Source of the DNA: Octopus sinensis
Lineage: Eukaryota
NCBI RefSeq assembly: GCF_006345805.1
Contig: NC_043023.1
Location: 6,262,001 to 6,326,000 of the forward strand
Length of the DNA stretch: 64,000 nt
Direction of reading: 5' to 3'
The notes beneath the pieces are model-generated. The model was not told where the DNA came from and ran no database searches. It saw only the letters and a list, made by a program, of their open reading frames with translations. Position numbers and translations under genes: made by a program. This document shows, in pieces, positions 11,884-24,580 of this stretch; the stretch's first letter is position 1, and the number at the start of each line of letters is the position of its first letter.

Positions 11884-12348
11884 AGGCAGTGAGCTGCCAG
11901 AATTGTTAGCACGCTGGACAAAATGTTTAGCGGCATTTCGTCTGCTGCTACATTCCGAGTTCAACTCTACCTTTCTTCCTTTGTGGGTCGATAAAATAAG
12001 TACCAGTTGAACATTGGGGTCAATGTAATTGACTCATCTCCTCCCACGATAAGTTCTGCCCTGTGGCAAAATTTGAAACCATTTTTGAAACCCTCGGAAA
12101 GGATCGATGGGCCTCGCTTTCGCAGTCTGTATTCTTATAAAATAATGGTTTCAAATTTTGCCACAAGGGCAGAACTTTTGGAGGGAGGAGACGAGTCAAT
12201 TACATCGACCCCAGTGTTCAACTGGTACTTATTTTATTGACCCACAAAGGAAGAAAGGTAGAGTTGATCTCGGTGGAATTTGAACTCAGAACGCAGTGAC
12301 AGATGAAAAACCGCTAAACATTTCATCCAGCATGTTAACAATTCTGGA
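11884..12348. mobile_element. Inverted (tail-to-tail) pair of family B-variant SINEs
   Basis: 11884-12080 (+) is complementary to 12139-12348 (-). Confidence 0.85.
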
Positions 12349-12405
12349 TAACAAATCAAACCAGAGGTGATACAAAATGAGAGAATGGATCCAGAAATGA
12401 CTCAC

Positions 12406-12485
12406 CCCTTTTAGTCGCGATATTTTACTGGATAATCCATCGACATGGGCCGAATTCTCCTCCTCCAGCATTGCTTCTGTTCGCC
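12406..12485 (-). CDS. BET1L: BET1-like exon 2 (GRTEAMLEEENSAHVDGLSSKISRLKG)
   Basis: Acceptor ttacacag|GG and donor GGG|gtgag. Encodes the start of the SNARE motif, matching the BET1L pattern (E.N..MAD.LASKVTRLK). Confidence 0.92.
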
Positions 12486-12534
12486 CTGTGTAATATGGAT
12501 AGAGAAATAGAGAAGGTGAGATAAAAGGGTAAGG

Positions 12535-13140
12535 TTTTGCATGTGTATGAACTGCGAAGCTACATGGTAGTGAGATATGGGCTCTGAATGTGGTGGACTT
12601 GCAAAGGCTAGAGAGGGAAGAAGCTGGTACGCTCTGCTGGATATGTAATGTGCGTGTTCATGTGCAACAGAGCATTGGTGTATCGAGGGAGAATTTGGGG
12701 CATAAGAAGAATTAAATGCAGTATGCAAGAGTGGAGACTGTGCTGGTTTGGTTATGTGATGCAGATGGATGAGGACAGCTGCATAAAGCAAGCAGTGCTG
12801 ATCACTTAAAGTGGAGGGAAACCCAGGAAGACATGGGACAAAGTATGGAAGGCCAATCTCAAAACACTGAACCTTACAAAGGCGATGACAGCGGACTGTG
12901 ATATGTGGTGCACGGCTGCACTTGAGAAGATTTGCCCACCACAAGAGAATTGAGATCATAAAACCAAGGTGCCACATAAAAAGCATTGGTGTGGGTGTTG
13001 GTGCTACATAAAAAGCACTGGTGCAGGTTCCATGTAAAAAGCTCTGGTGTTGGTGCCATGTAAAAAACATTATTGATGGCTCCACATGAAAAGCACTGGT
13101 GATGGCTCCACATGAAAAGCACTGGCAACTTTGCCATGGA
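12535..13140 (+). pseudogene. Degraded RTE LINE ORF2 C-terminus plus 3'-UTR minisatellite
   Basis: LHGSEIWA, LCWFGYVM, GKPRKTW and LEK motifs with stops and frameshifts, followed by 23-29 bp gtgccacataaaaagcactg repeats. Confidence 0.8.
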
Positions 13141-13272
13141 GATCTGTAATCACTGACGCCTGTAGGCAGGCATGACACACGAAGAGAAAACCCATTTTAT
13201 GCTTGGGAAACATAACATTAATAAATGTACATGTCTGAAAGCATTATAATTACAGACAAAAAAGAAAAAAAT

Positions 13273-13663
13273 CGTAGGAGTAGCTGTGTGCTAAGTAGCT
13301 TGCTTACGAACCACATGGTTCCGGGTTCAGTCCCACTGCATGGCACCTTGGGCAAGTGTCTTCTACTATAGCCTTGGGCCAACCAAAGCCTTGTGAGTGG
13401 ATTTGGTAGACGGAAACTGAAAGAAGCCCATCGTATATATGTATATATATATATGTATGTATGTGTGTGTGTCCCCCCCCAACATCGATTGACAACCGAT
13501 GCTGGTGTGTTTATGTACCTGTAACTTAGTGGTTTGGCAAAAGAGCCTGATAGAATAAGTACTAGGCTTATAAAAAATAAGTCCTGGGGTTGATTACTCG
13601 AATAAAGGCAGTACTCTAGCATGGCCACAGTCAAATGACTGAAACAAGTAAAAGAGTAAAGAG
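13273..13663 (+). mobile_element. SINE family A
   Basis: A-box-like tagctgtgtg, B-box-like ggttcagtcc, family tail. Confidence 0.85.
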
Positions 13664-13677
13664 TTTACTTCCACGAC

Positions 13678-14217
13678 TTTGTTGCCTCATAACTTACAGA
13701 AAAAGGGATATTTTTTAATGAAATTTTCAATAAATACGCTTCAGATTGTGTTATATTCTGATTATATAAAAATATGTGATGTAAGAATTTTTCCAAAGGT
13801 CGAGGTGAGAAGTTTCGAAAAATTTACACGAGACGTCTTTTTTTACTTATAACTTTAAAAAATTGTTAAGCTTGTATACATGCATTTGTTACATGTTCTT
13901 AGAAAATGAAACTGGAAACTTGGGAAAAAAATGTGATGTGTGTGTGCTATTTTTCTTTTTACATGAAATTACGATTTGATCGTAATCTACACTACCAAAT
14001 GCGTATTTATAGAAAGTTTCGTTAAAAAATATCAATTTTCTGAAAGTTATGAGGAAACAAAGACGATATGTGTGAACTTTCCGAAACTCCTCAACCCACA
14101 ACATTTTTTTGTTTCACCACATATTCCATTATAATCAGAATCTACACCGTCTGAAGAGTATTTGTAGAAAATTTCATTTAAAAATACCCATTTTTCTGGA
14201 AGTTATGAGGAAACAAA
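13678..14217. mobile_element. Degenerate foldback element with ~90-bp imperfect inverted repeats
   Basis: ttgttgcctcataacttacagaaaaaggg...ttctgattata versus tataatcagaa...ggaagttatgaggaaacaa. Confidence 0.65.
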
Positions 14218-14516
14218 TATCAGGTGGTGAGGACACATGTAGACATGCCAAATTTAACAGTAAACCACCATGGTATATAAACACTGATAAAGTGCCAGGG
14301 TTGCATTGATCAACAGTTTCCCGTTCTTTCTTTAAAGAAGTTGGAATTTCTGAAAGATTGGGATTAATTTGTTCACGACAATTTCGATGGCAACTTCACA
14401 AGACCAAGGCTACTCGGGTTTTGGCTTGGAGGTCTCTGTTAATCTCTGACGTCTGTAGGCTGGCATGACACATGAAGAGAGATACTATTTTATGTTTGGG
14501 AAACATAACATTATTA

Positions 14517-14889
14517 GGCGATCTTTCGTCTCTAGTAGATCTTTCCGTCGATTTCCGTAAAAAAATTTTTTTTTTTACATATGGGCTTGCGGGAACTTTT
14601 GAAGTAATATACATACATATACACCGAGTAAAAAAATTCAGTTATCTCTTTCTTTCACACACACTAACAGAAGCACTTCACTTACACAACATACTGTATG
14701 TATCCCACACCCATGTACATCAATGCTTCACATGCACGGTAACTTCAAAAGAACTTCCCTCGTCATACAATCGCTTTCTCTTAGTCTCTTTCGCTCTTAT
14801 TACTTCAAAAGTTCCCGCAAGCCCATATGTAAAAAAAAAATTTTTTTACGGAAATCGACGGAAAGGTCTACTAGAGACGAAAGATTGCC
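14517..14889. mobile_element. MITE with GG...CC termini and 8-bp TSD (Merlin-type)
   Basis: TIRs of about 90 bp (ggcgatctttcgtctctagtag...). Flanks cattatta/cattattc match at 7 of 8 positions. Confidence 0.8.
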
Positions 14890-15039
14890 CATTATTCTTC
14901 AGATATACATATCTGAAAGCATTATGAAATAATTAGAGACAAAAAAATTCTTTCATATTGTGTTTCTTTGGACAATACAATGACGTTCGTTTTTATTTTG
15001 AATTCCATTAAACAGGTGTTTTGTTTGAATTTTATTTTG

Positions 15040-15900
15040 AAGTTCACGGCCAGGTTATGAAGAATTGCCCTACAATATTGAACAATGCAATCTTCATTAA
15101 ATAGATCATTACATATTAATTAAAATAAAACTTTAAATTTACAAATAATGAAAGGTTCCTGTTTAATGTTTCAAAAGTTGAAAGACATTCGTGTTCGGCA
15201 TTCCATCATTCTGCTTTCTGTTTATATTTATTTTAACCCGTGTTTACGGTCACAGTATCAAAGATCGCCCAACAATATTGAAATAAACAATACATTCTTT
15301 GTTAAATATATAATTATATATTTTAAAGTTATAGAAACATTATTAAATTGACTTATAGATTTTCTATTCGGTTTACGTTTCGTGTTCCGTACTGCATTCT
15401 GTAATTCTAGTTTGTATTTTAACCTATTTATTTATGGTAGTAATACGAAAGATCATCCTACAGTATTGAATAAAATATTACTATCTTCTTCAAATATATA
15501 ATTATATATTTCCTACTTAAAGAAACATTATTAAATTTACTCATAAATTCTCTGTCTAATGTATGTTTCATGAACGGTATTACATTCTGTTATTCCGATT
15601 TTTGCCTGTATTATTTCTAATCGGTGCTTATGGCCTAAATATGAAAGATTCCCCCGACTGTAAATCGATAAAAATAATATAACCTTCGTTAAATATATAT
15701 TTATTAAATACTGACATATTGTAAAATATAAAAATATATTTGTTTTGAAAAATTAAAACCTTCCTGTTCAGATTTTATTCCGTTATTCTTGTTTCAATAT
15801 TATATTATATTATATTATATTTACAGTCGTAATATGAGAAATCACTATTCCATATTGGATAAAAAAACACCCTCCTTGTAAAATGTAAATTTGTCACACA
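15040..15900. repeat. Old degenerate ~190-200 bp tandem repeat, ~5 units
   Basis: A recurring (t)atgaaaga(t/a)..ccc.aca.tattgaa...aaatatataatta motif at about 15055, 15253, 15441, 15637 and 15830. Confidence 0.65.
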
Positions 15901-16681
15901 TATTTTATGTACCAAATAAAAGAATTAGTCACACAGCCATAGTTCAAACAACTACTGCTTGTTTCATAAGGCAGGAAAAAATGGCATTCATGTTCGGTAT
16001 TGAATTTTGTTATAGCGGTTACTATTTGAGTTTTTTTGGCTGAGTCACGGTTGGAACGCTTTTACCAAGGAAGGGTATCGATGAAATATAATCTAGAAAA
16101 TACACTGTGTATTATTCGATGTTTAATAAGAAAAAAAGACATTCAATGATATGAAATAGCTAAACTACCGTTTTAAACAAAATGCTAAAAGAAAAATAAA
16201 ACTTTAAAAATATTTTAAAAATTTGTGTGTACGTGTTTGTCACTCCTAGACTACTTAACAACGGGTGTTAGTTTGTTTACGTCGCGCTAACTTAGTGGGT
16301 CGGCAAAAATGACTGACAAAATGAGTGTCAGACGTTAAAAAAAATAAGTTCCTGAGGGTTGATCTATCTGACCAAAGCCCTTCAAAGCAGTGCCTCAGCA
16401 TAGCCCACACTCCAATGAATGAAAATAAGTATAAGATAATCGTAACCCCAAAACCCATGGACTTTTGTTCCCTCATAACTTTTTAGATAACTTTATTAAA
16501 AAGAAAAACACTTGGTTAAATTTTCCCCTGCTTTGTAGCCTGTAAGGGAAGAACGTTAGCTAAACAGTAGGTTGAAGAAGCTTCTAACTTTTATCTATTA
16601 TTAATTTCTGGAAAAAAAAAAACGAATGGGATTTGTCATCTGCAAGCAAAACTACATTGGTGTTGAAAGTTAAAAAAAAAT

Positions 16682-17075
16682 TCTGAGTGGCTGTGTGGTA
16701 AGTAGCTTGTTTACTAACCACATGGTTCCGGGTTCAGTCCCACTGCGTGGCACCTTGGGCAAGTGTCTTCTACTATGGCCTCGGGCCAACCAAAGCCGTG
16801 TGAGTGGATTTGGTAGACGGAAACTGAAAGAAGCCAGTCGTATATATGTATATATATATGTGTGTGTATATGTTTGTGTGTCTGTGTTTGTCCCTCTAGC
16901 ATTGCTTGACAACCGATGCTGGTGTGTTTACGTCCCTGTAACTTAGTGGTTCGGCAAAAGAGACCGATAGTATAAGACCTTACAAAGAATAAGTCCTGGG
17001 GTCAATTTGCTCGACCAAAGGCAGGGCTCCAGCATGGCCACAGTCAAATGACTGAAACCAGTAAAAGAGTAAAAG
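16682..17075 (+). mobile_element. SINE family A
   Basis: Full-length consensus match. Confidence 0.88.
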
Positions 17076-17145
17076 ATTAGAAGGATTTTTAAAAATCCAT
17101 GACATTTATCAAAACTACTGACAGAAGCTTAATTAATTAATTAAT

Positions 17146-17382
17146 AAGGTGGTGAGCTGGCAGAATCCTTAGCGCGCTGGGCGAAATGCTTAGCGGTATT
17201 TCGTCTGCCGTTACATTCTGAGTTCAAATTCCGCAGCGGCCGACTTTGCCTTTCATCCTTTCGAGGTCGATAAATTAAGTACCAGTTACGCACTGGGGTC
17301 GATATAATTGACTTAATCCATTTGTCTGTCCTTGTTTGTCCCCTCTGTGTGTAGCCCCTTGTGGGCAATAAAGAAATAAGAA
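17146..17382 (+). mobile_element. SINE family B
   Basis: Full-length consensus match. Confidence 0.88.
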
Positions 17383-17454
17383 GCTTAATTAATTGTTAAA
17401 TTGGATGATATGCTTGTTTGATGGTGAGCAGACAGAATCATTATTGTATACTCT

Positions 17455-17675
17455 CTCTCTTTACTCTTTTATTTGTTTCAGTCATTTGACTGCGGCCATG
17501 CTGGAGCACCACCTTTAGTCGAGCAAATCGACCCCAGGAGTTATTCTTTCTAAGCCCAGTACTTATTCTATCAGTCTCTTTTGCCGAACCGCTAAGTTAC
17601 GGGGACATAAACACACCAGCATCGGTTGTCAAGCAATGCTAGGGGACAAACACACAAATATATACACACACATAC

Positions 17676-17722
<47 letters not shown>

Positions 17723-17890
17723 TATATACATATACGATGGGCTTCTTTCAGTTTCCGTCTACCAAATCCACTCACAAGGCATTAGTCGGCCCGAGGCTAT
17801 AGCAGAAGACACTTGCCCAAGATGCCACGCAGTGGGACTGAACCCGGAACCATGTGGTTCGTAAGCAAGCTACTTACCACACAGCCACTC
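17455..17890 (-). mobile_element. SINE family A
   Basis: Reverse full-length copy with internal (TA)n. Confidence 0.88.
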
Positions 17891-18272
17891 GGCAGCATGT
17901 CTACCATCTCTTTATGGTCTGAGTTCAAATGACACTGTGGTCAACTTTGCCTCAGAATTTCAAGCTACGATCGGTAGATTAACAATGAAAATAATACTGA
18001 CCAAAACCTAATGAGTGGATTTGGTAGATGGAAAATGAAAGAAGCCCATTGTGTGTGTATATATATATATATATATATGTGTGTATATATTCAGTTAAAA
18101 GAAGAAAAATAAATGGTGATAAGGAAGTTAATTATTTGTTATTAAATATTCCCTCGTGAGGTTAACATATCCTGGCATCTTGGGCAAATGTCTTTTACTA
18201 TAGCCTTGGGCTGACCAAAGCCTTGTGAGTGGATTTGGAAGACAGAAACTGAAAGAAGCCGTATGTATGTAT

Positions 18273-18635
18273 GAGAGGTGGTTGGATGGAACCTATACTC
18301 GCCTCCTTATGAGAGCTCAAAATCTCTCGTGGAAGCACCATCCAACCAAAATGCAAATATATTGGAAGCTACCATCTGTGTCATCTCTTGTGAAAGGTAG
18401 GAGAGTCCAGTTTGCTGGACATTGTTGTAGAGCTGAAAAAGAGGTAATTTCTACTCTTCTCCTCTGGAAGACATCTACTCGCAATACCAGAGGGCACACT
18501 CCTACCCTGATGTAATCTCCAGGGATACAGGCATCCAGCAACAGGACCTCCGTAATGCCATGATGGACCGTGAAGTCTGGCGTAGCATGGTAAATTCCAT
18601 TGTCTCGACTACGGTCGAACAATGATGATGATGAT
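18273..18635 (+). mobile_element. 5'-truncated RTE LINE 3' end (single copy, no array)
   Basis: LDGTYTRLLMRAQNL...GHCCR; ends gaacaa(tga)4. Homologous to 1540-1880. Confidence 0.88.
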
Positions 18636-19070
18636 ATATATATATATACATATATATATGCATGTGTGTATGTCTGTGTTTGTCTTCCACCATCGCTTGA
18701 CAACCAATGTTGGTGTGTTTATGTCTCTGTAACTTAGTGGTTCAGCAATAGAGACCGATAGAATAAGTACAAGGCTTACAAAGAATAAATCCTCCAATCG
18801 ATTTGTTCAACAAAAGATGATGCTCCAGCAGGGCCACAGTCAAATGACTGAAACAAACAAAAGAATATATGAACAGTAGTGTAACCGGAGTGTGTCCCAC
18901 CTGGGGCGGCCCCTCCATTTGCTGCTCCCAAACCCCACAAAAGTACTGCCCCTTTAAAAGTGTCACCCAGGGTAGACTGCCCCCACCACCACCACTAGCT
19001 ACATATGAGGATATTGTTTACAATAATACCAGTGGCTCAGCATGCGTAAAAAACCCATAAAGGTAAACCT

Positions 19071-19413
19071 TATCAATTAATAATTAAGGGTATTAACAGG
19101 CAGTACTGACATGCTAAATATAGCAGTCAAAATGACCAAGCCACAAGTGTTCACTTAAACACAAAGGTGAAAGCAGGCATATGAGCAAAAACCCCAAGAT
19201 CCCTATGCCAAATGACGGAAATAATAATCAAGAATTGAAAAAGTCCGACTCAATTTTCGATTATTTCCATCATTGTAATGGGGGTCGTGAGGTTTTTGCT
19301 CATTTGTCATCTTTCTCCATTGTGTTTAAGTGAAAACTTGTAGTTTGGTCATTTTGACTGCTATATTTAGTATGTCAGTACTGCCTGTTAGTACCCTCAA
19401 TTAGTAATTGATA
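19071..19413. mobile_element. MITE with long TIRs (possibly Sola-like, AATT flanks)
   Basis: About 95-bp inverted arms: aagggtattaacaggcagtactgac... / ...gtcagtactgcctgttagtaccctc. Confidence 0.75.
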
Positions 19414-19606
19414 TATATATATATATAGGCCTGGTTGTGTGGTAAGTTGCTTGCTTACCAACCATGTGGTTCTGGGTTCAGTCACTGTGTGGCACCTTGG
19501 GCAAGTGTCTTCTATAGCCTCGGATCAACCAAAGCCTTGTGAGTAGATTTAGTAGATGGAAACTGAAAGAAGCCCATTGTATTTATATTTATATATATGT
19601 GTATAT

Positions 19607-19629
<23 letters not shown>

Positions 19630-19640
<11 letters not shown>

Positions 19641-20135
19641 AAACTCTAGTTGTGTGAGTGTCTGTCCCCTTCGATTTAGATTCCTAACTCCTCCCACATT
19701 TTGCGGTGCAGTTTAACCAAATTCGGGTATCTTATAGTCGTGATTCATATCGAGCCCGTCTGACTATTAGCGCGCGTCAACGATGAGTCTACGATTTTAA
19801 AAATAATTTAACATCATTTTTTATTCCATTTTAATGCATAAAATGCATCGTGTGTCGATGGCGGCGGAGTTGGCGTCCATGGTCACAGCTGCACCTGTGT
19901 TGCTTCTCCCCCTTCCCTCCCTCGTGAAGCTGTGGGGAAGGGAGTGTAAAGAAATCAACGTCGTAATGCGTTGTGAAGGAAACCAGCGTTCTTTTAGAAC
20001 AACGACTTCATGGCTTGAAGACACCAAAACAAAAATGGCTAAGAAAGCCCGAATTTATAAGGGAAGTAACTCTCTAAAAATGCTTATATAGTTATTTCCC
20101 TTACAAACCCGAGCAACGCCAGGCGATACTGCTAG
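19630..20135 (+). mobile_element. Non-autonomous Helitron
   Basis: TATATATAAAA start; subterminal hairpin cccgagcaacgcc(a)gg; 3' CTAG followed by T. Confidence 0.8.
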
Positions 20136-20507
20136 TATATATATATATATATATATATGGACTCATGGTCATGAATTAAACTTGTCTAATGTCTAGACTT
20201 CTAACTTTATTCTAAATGTCCAACAATATTCCTCTGAACTGGTCACCTTCAAGTAAATGTGTGTGTGTTTGTGTAAGGCATATTTCAAAATTTCATTAAA
20301 AATATGAATCATAATTTTAGAAAGTTATAAGGAAATAAAATCAGGAGGGGCATTAAACAGTAGTTATGCTTTCCACTCTTTGGTAGAATCCTGGTTTAAT
20401 CATCTCATATAACTTACATTTCTTGGAATTATCAGAAAATGTTTGCAAATTTGTGTTCTATGTACAGGAATACAAAAGTGATAATACAATTATGTAATAT
20501 ATATATA

Positions 20508-20900
20508 CTAGCAGTATCGCCCGGCGTTGCTCGGGTTTGTAAGGGAAATAACTATAAAGCATTTTTAGAGAGTTATAGCCAAAAAATAGCAAAAAATGCA
20601 TTAAAAACGGAAAAAAAATTATGGTAAATTTTTTTTAAATCGTTGACTCATCGTAGACATTTTTAGAGAGTTACTTCCCTTATATTAAAAAAAATATGCA
20701 TTAAAATGGAAAAAAATGATGGTAAATTATTTCTAAATTCGTAGACTCATCATAGACGCGCGCTAATACCCAGAAGGGCTCGATATGAATCACAACTATA
20801 AGATACCCGGTTTTGGTTAAACTGCATCGCAAAATGTGGGAGTAGTTAGGAATCTAAATCGGAGTAGACAGACACACAACCTTACTTTTATATATAAAGA
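20508..20900 (-). mobile_element. Non-autonomous Helitron
   Basis: On the minus strand: 5' TCTTTATATATAAA ... cccgagcaacgccggg ... CTAG 3', inserted at A|T. Confidence 0.85.
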
Positions 20901-20987
20901 TATATATATATATATATATCTCTCTCTATTAAATATTAAATTTCTAAATATCTCATAGAGATATGTATGGTGGTGGAGTAATACAGT

Positions 20988-21187
20988 GGTGGTTGTATAC
21001 TGTCAAATTAACGTGACAGTCCCCGTAAGGGAATTACACCACCGCTGTTTAGCCCTAGGAAGCATCGACGTTTCCAGTCGGCCTTGTCGGAAATGGGTCA
21101 AGGCCGACAGGAAGCGTCGATGCTTTCTAGGGCTGAACAGCGGTAATTCCCTTTACGGGACAGTCCTGTTAAGTCGACAGTAGACAA

Positions 21188-21192
<5 letters not shown>
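20988..21192. repeat. Near-perfect ~200-bp palindrome (MITE-like)
   Basis: Arms gtccccgtaagggaattac...gtcggccttg / caaggccgac...gtaattccctttacgggac. Confidence 0.8.
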
Positions 21193-21239
<47 letters not shown>

Positions 21240-22033
21240 ATATATATATATATATTCTCCTCTCCCCTTCACCATTCCCTCTCTCTCACTCCTCCTTCTC
21301 AACTCTCTTGTGACGAAAGAGAATCTATCTTTCTGCCCATTTCCTTCCTAAAGACAAAACATGCTTATACTGTCTCCTCACATAAGCTCGTCTTCCTAGC
21401 ATTCATAATAATTTTTCTATCGTCTTGGCTTAACAGCCCTCATCGTTTGTTCTCACTGTCCTGTTCTTGTTACCACTTTCACCCTCCACAAAAAATTCCA
21501 AATTTTATTTAATTTGCTTTGCGGGAAGGACTGTTTCAACGAAGTCGCGTCTTGTCCTTGCCTTCGAAACGTGGAGTAGATGAAACAGGGACAACTGAAG
21601 AAGGGGAATATTCTTTATGTTGCAAGTCTCGTGTCTCTGTTTTTTTCGTTGTTCGGAAAAAAATTTGTTTCTATGTTTTTGTTTTTATGTTTTCATTTCT
21701 CATTGTGTTCAACGTTCTTTTTGATGTCCTGTACCCATATTTGCATGTATATATACATATATATGTAGGTATGTATATATGTATATATATATATATATAT
21801 ATATAGATAGATAAGAAAGTTGGTTTGTGAAAGCACGTGGATGAATATATAGAAAATAGTAAAGAGTGAAAAAACTACACGCGAAACCGGTCTTTCTTTT
21901 AAATTATGTCATTATAAGAGAAAAAAATTTTTTTTTTTTAATTTTCTAATATTCTTCAGACATATTGACGCAAATATATATATTTTTTAACATTTAAGCC
22001 TTCTGTAGTTTTTTCACTCTTTACTATTTTTTT

Positions 22034-22076
<43 letters not shown>

Positions 22077-22120
22077 TTATATATATATATATCTATATAT
22101 ATATATAATATATATATATA

Positions 22121-22522
22121 AGGCGCAGGAGTGGCTGTGTGGTAAGTAGCTTGCTAACCAACCACATGGTTCTGGGTTCAGTCCCACTGCCTGGCACCTT
22201 GGGCAAGTGTCTTCTACTATAGCCTCGGGCCGACTAAAGCCTTGTGAGTGGATTTGGTAGACGGAAACTGAAAGAAGCCCGTCGTATATATGTATACATA
22301 TATATGTGTGCGTGTATGTTTGTGCGTTTGTGTTTGTCCCCCTAGCATTGCTTGACAACTGATGCTGGTGTGTTTATGTCCCCATCACTTAGCGGTTCGG
22401 CAAAAGTAACTGATAGAATAGTACTGGGCTTACAAAGAATAAGTCGAGTTGCTCGATTAAAGGCGGTGCTCCAGCATGGCCGCATTCAAATGACTGACAA
22501 GTAAAAGAGAGAGAGTAAAAGA
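22121..22522 (+). mobile_element. SINE family A
   Basis: ggcgcaggagtggctgtgtggtaag head through to tail. Confidence 0.88.
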
Positions 22523-23071
22523 GTATATATATATTGTGATTTAAGGTCAATTTAGCCGTTATTTTTAGCACATCTCATGACCACCTGATACCTTCCTCAT
22601 TTCTTTGTCACTTTGACAGGTATTGATATTTTTCAATATTTTTCTCCCCATAAACACATTTAATGGAATGATGATGCACCCAAGGGTATTCCATTGCTGG
22701 GATTTAAGCAAAAAATTTAGACTGTCCATATTTTAAACTGGATTTTTAAAAATTCGAAAAACAGTGGAAATTTTAGGATTTAGTGTAGGGTGGAGATGGG
22801 GTTAAAAATTGGAAAAAAACAATTCTGTAGAACACGAATTTTCAAAAATTTTCTAAAATTCCCTAAAAGTTATGGGGGTCTCTATAGGGTACTTAAACCA
22901 GAATTCTGCCAGAAAATCTTAATGTTATCAACATAATTCCAATTTACACCCTCGAAAATGTATTTCAAAATTTCATTATGAATATGAATTATTGCATTTA
23001 GAAAGATCTAAAGGAACATAGCCAGGGAGTGGGGCATCAAAGTGTAATTATGCCATAAACACTTTATACTG

Positions 23072-23435
23072 TTTACTCTTTTGCTTGTTCCAGTCATTTG
23101 ACTGCGGCCATGCTGGAGCATCACCCTTAGTCGAGCAAATCGACCCCAGGACTTATTCTTTGTCAGCCTAGTACTTATTCTATCGGTCTCTTTTGCTGAA
23201 CCGCTAAGTTACGGGGACATAAACACACCAGCATCGGTTGTCAAGCAATGCTAGGGAGACAAACACACACACGCACATACACATATATACATATATACGA
23301 TGGGCTTCTTTCAGTTTCCGTCTACCAAATCCACTCACAAGGCTTTGGTCGGCCCGAGGATATAGTAGAAGACACTTGCTGAAGGTGCCACGCAGTGGGA
23401 CTGAACCCGGAACCATGTGGTTGGTAAACAAGCTG
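23072..23435 (-). mobile_element. SINE family A
   Basis: Reverse copy. Confidence 0.85.
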
Positions 23436-23945
23436 AACACGAATACAAACATACATATATATTTAAATGTGTGTGTAGTGTATATGCGCATACATACTCA
23501 CCTATATCTAGGCGTATGGGTGAGTGGGCAAACAAAAGTGGCACTTAACATAATTTAGTAAGCGTTAAGATATTTTTTTAATATTAGTTTTGACTCAGCT
23601 CCATGACTTAAAGCTGAGTCAAACACATATACACACACACACATAATCATATATCTAAACAAGAGTATCTATACTTATGTGTATATGTACGTATACATAC
23701 ACATATCTAAGCAGTGTGTGTGTATATACATACATACATATATTCTTTTACTTGTTTGTCATTTGACTGTGGTCATGCTGGAGCACCGGCTTTTAGTCGA
23801 ACAAATCGATCCATGAGCTTATTCTTTGTAAGCCTAGTACTTATTCTATCGGTCTCTTTTGTCGAACCGCTAAGTGACGGGGACCTAAACACACCAGCAT
23901 CGGTTGTCAAGCGATGGTGGGGGGGACAAACACAGACAAACATAC

Positions 23946-23980
<35 letters not shown>

Positions 23981-24075
23981 CTTACTTGGAAAAGGGTGCG
24001 TGGCGTTCGATCATATAATAACAAAATAATATATAAACATATGCATATATACATACATATTTGTACATACCTACA

Positions 24076-24117
<42 letters not shown>

Positions 24118-24580
24118 AAATTCAGGGTGAATACTTGATAATTGTAAGCACCTGTATATGCCAGCTAGTAACATAGGTGAGAGGATATATGTATCAAATG
24201 AAATAAAATGAAAAACAGGGTACAGGACACTAAACAAACTTTGAACACAATGAGAAACGAAAACATAAAAACAAAAACATGGAAACAGATTTTTTTTCAA
24301 ACAACGAAAAAACAGAGTACAAGACATACAACACAAGGGACATTCCCCTTCTTCAGTTGTCCCTGTTTCGGCTTCGACGGGCTTCTTTCAGTTTCCGTCT
24401 ACCAAATCCACTCACAAGGCTTTGGTCGGTCCAAGGCTACAGAAGACACTTGAACCCAGAACCATGTGGTTGGGAAGCAAGCTTCGACAGGATATATTTT
24501 TATGGGTTGACAACATTTTATAACACGTCAGGAGCCTTTATACAGTCTTCAGGCCACCACCCCCACACACATATATATAT

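Noticed and set aside
12411-13178. 255-aa minus-strand ORF
   Set aside because: It is the antisense reading of an RTE fragment and its minisatellite. Only the 12406-12485 part of the region is a real exon, in another frame.
21520-21620. Hammerhead-like words (cttcGAAAcgtg, CTGAAGAag) here and in the inverted copy at 24300-24372
   Set aside because: The core upstream of GAAA reads ttcaacgaag rather than CUGANGA, and the CTGAAGA is not followed by stem II and GAAA. At most a decayed Penelope-type end.
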